64,000 nucleotides of DNA from Podarcis bocagei (Eukaryota): the NCBI GenBank assembly GCA_964188305.1, contig OZ076888.1; one strand, 5' to 3'. The translations under genes and the position numbers were made by a program. The notes under the pieces were generated by a model. It was not told the DNA's origin and did not search any database. It saw nothing but the letters and a program-made list of their open reading frames with translations. The number at the start of each line of letters is the position of its first letter. Within the stretch, counting starts at the first letter, position 1. Shown here one piece after another: positions 63,250 through 64,000 of the stretch.

Positions 63250-63445
63250 TGGCTAATAGCCACAGAAAGGCCTCTCCTCCATTAATTTGATTATTCTCAT
63301 TTTGAAAGCATCTAAATTGATGGCCATTGCCACATAGTGTACAGTGCCAACAGGAAATGCCATTAGTTAATTAGGCTTCATGTGAAAAAATACTTTCTAT
63401 TGTCTGTCTTGACTCTTTTGGGTGACCCTAGTTCTAGAGTTACCA
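63250..63445 (-). mobile_element. Degraded CR1 LINE fragment; other CR1 relics at ~1321-1420, ~25565-25750 and ~37680-37870 (all minus)
   Basis: CR1-type 3' motifs recognised by eye (GAACATAAGAA repeat, CATCTAGTCCAGCATCCTGT, TGTGAAAAA.TACTT.CT); boundaries approximate. Confidence 0.55.
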
Positions 63446-64000
63446 TGGCATTCATCATTGAATAAGGATGCATCAAAGTCCCATATAGACACAATGTATG
63501 AAGCACAGAAATCCATTCACATGGCTCGAAAAGGACAACGTCCTTTGCATTTACTGCTATGGGGCAGAACTCAGCTGAAGATAAGGATGGATCAGCCGCC
63601 AGATTTAATGACTGTTAAGCACATGCTTTACTTTTCTGCTGAGATCAAGGAAGCCCAAGTGTGCTTAACTTTCTAAAATGCCCCATGCTTGCAAAATAAG
63701 GAGGAAAGAAACCAAGTTAAAGCTGAGCTGCTTCATTAATTCAGTGCATTTGCTTCCCTCCGCCTCCCTTAAAAACCACACTGTGCTTTATTCTGTGTTG
63801 TTGTTGAATGATGTGAACCTTGCAGCTGTAAAACTCATTAGGAGCCACTGTAACTTGTTCATGAGAATGTGACGGTAGAAGTACTGACAACGTGAAAAAG
63901 AGTAGGGACTTAATGCTCTGCTTGGGGGGTGAGTCATTCTATACTGTTTTCTTTCCTGGTTCCATTCTGCTATCCATCTCTCTTGTCATCCTATATGATA

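Overview
Vertebrate genomic DNA, almost certainly from a lacertid-type lizard: it holds five full-length Sauria/Squam1 SINEs plus Squam2/3-like SINEs, CR1, L2 and Penelope relics. The whole window lies inside a minus-strand transmembrane collagen gene, best matching COL13A1. The ORF track misses it. Four small exons of 70, 8, 27 and 36 nt (56629-56698, 9687-9694, 6100-6126, 872-907) splice in frame to [47 protein letters not shown]. The ~47-kb intron carries an apparently intact 5,997-bp LINE-1 (42792-48788), antisense to the host. It has a perfect 16-bp TSD, ORF1 with a poly-Gln run, and a 1243-aa ORF2. Its first ~285 nt can be hand-folded into a closed, nested multi-branch RNA, followed by a candidate 5'UTR intron; this is the most novel-looking signal. 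The window also contains an 832-bp solo LTR, a 5'-truncated L1, an exact 4 x 162-bp tandem array, several hAT-type MITEs (one OC1-like, three with atypical 7-bp TSDs), a decayed Penelope hammerhead ribozyme, and microsatellites. Apart from the LINE remnants noted, the short ORFs in the track appear spurious. Family names come from recalled consensus features, not database searches.
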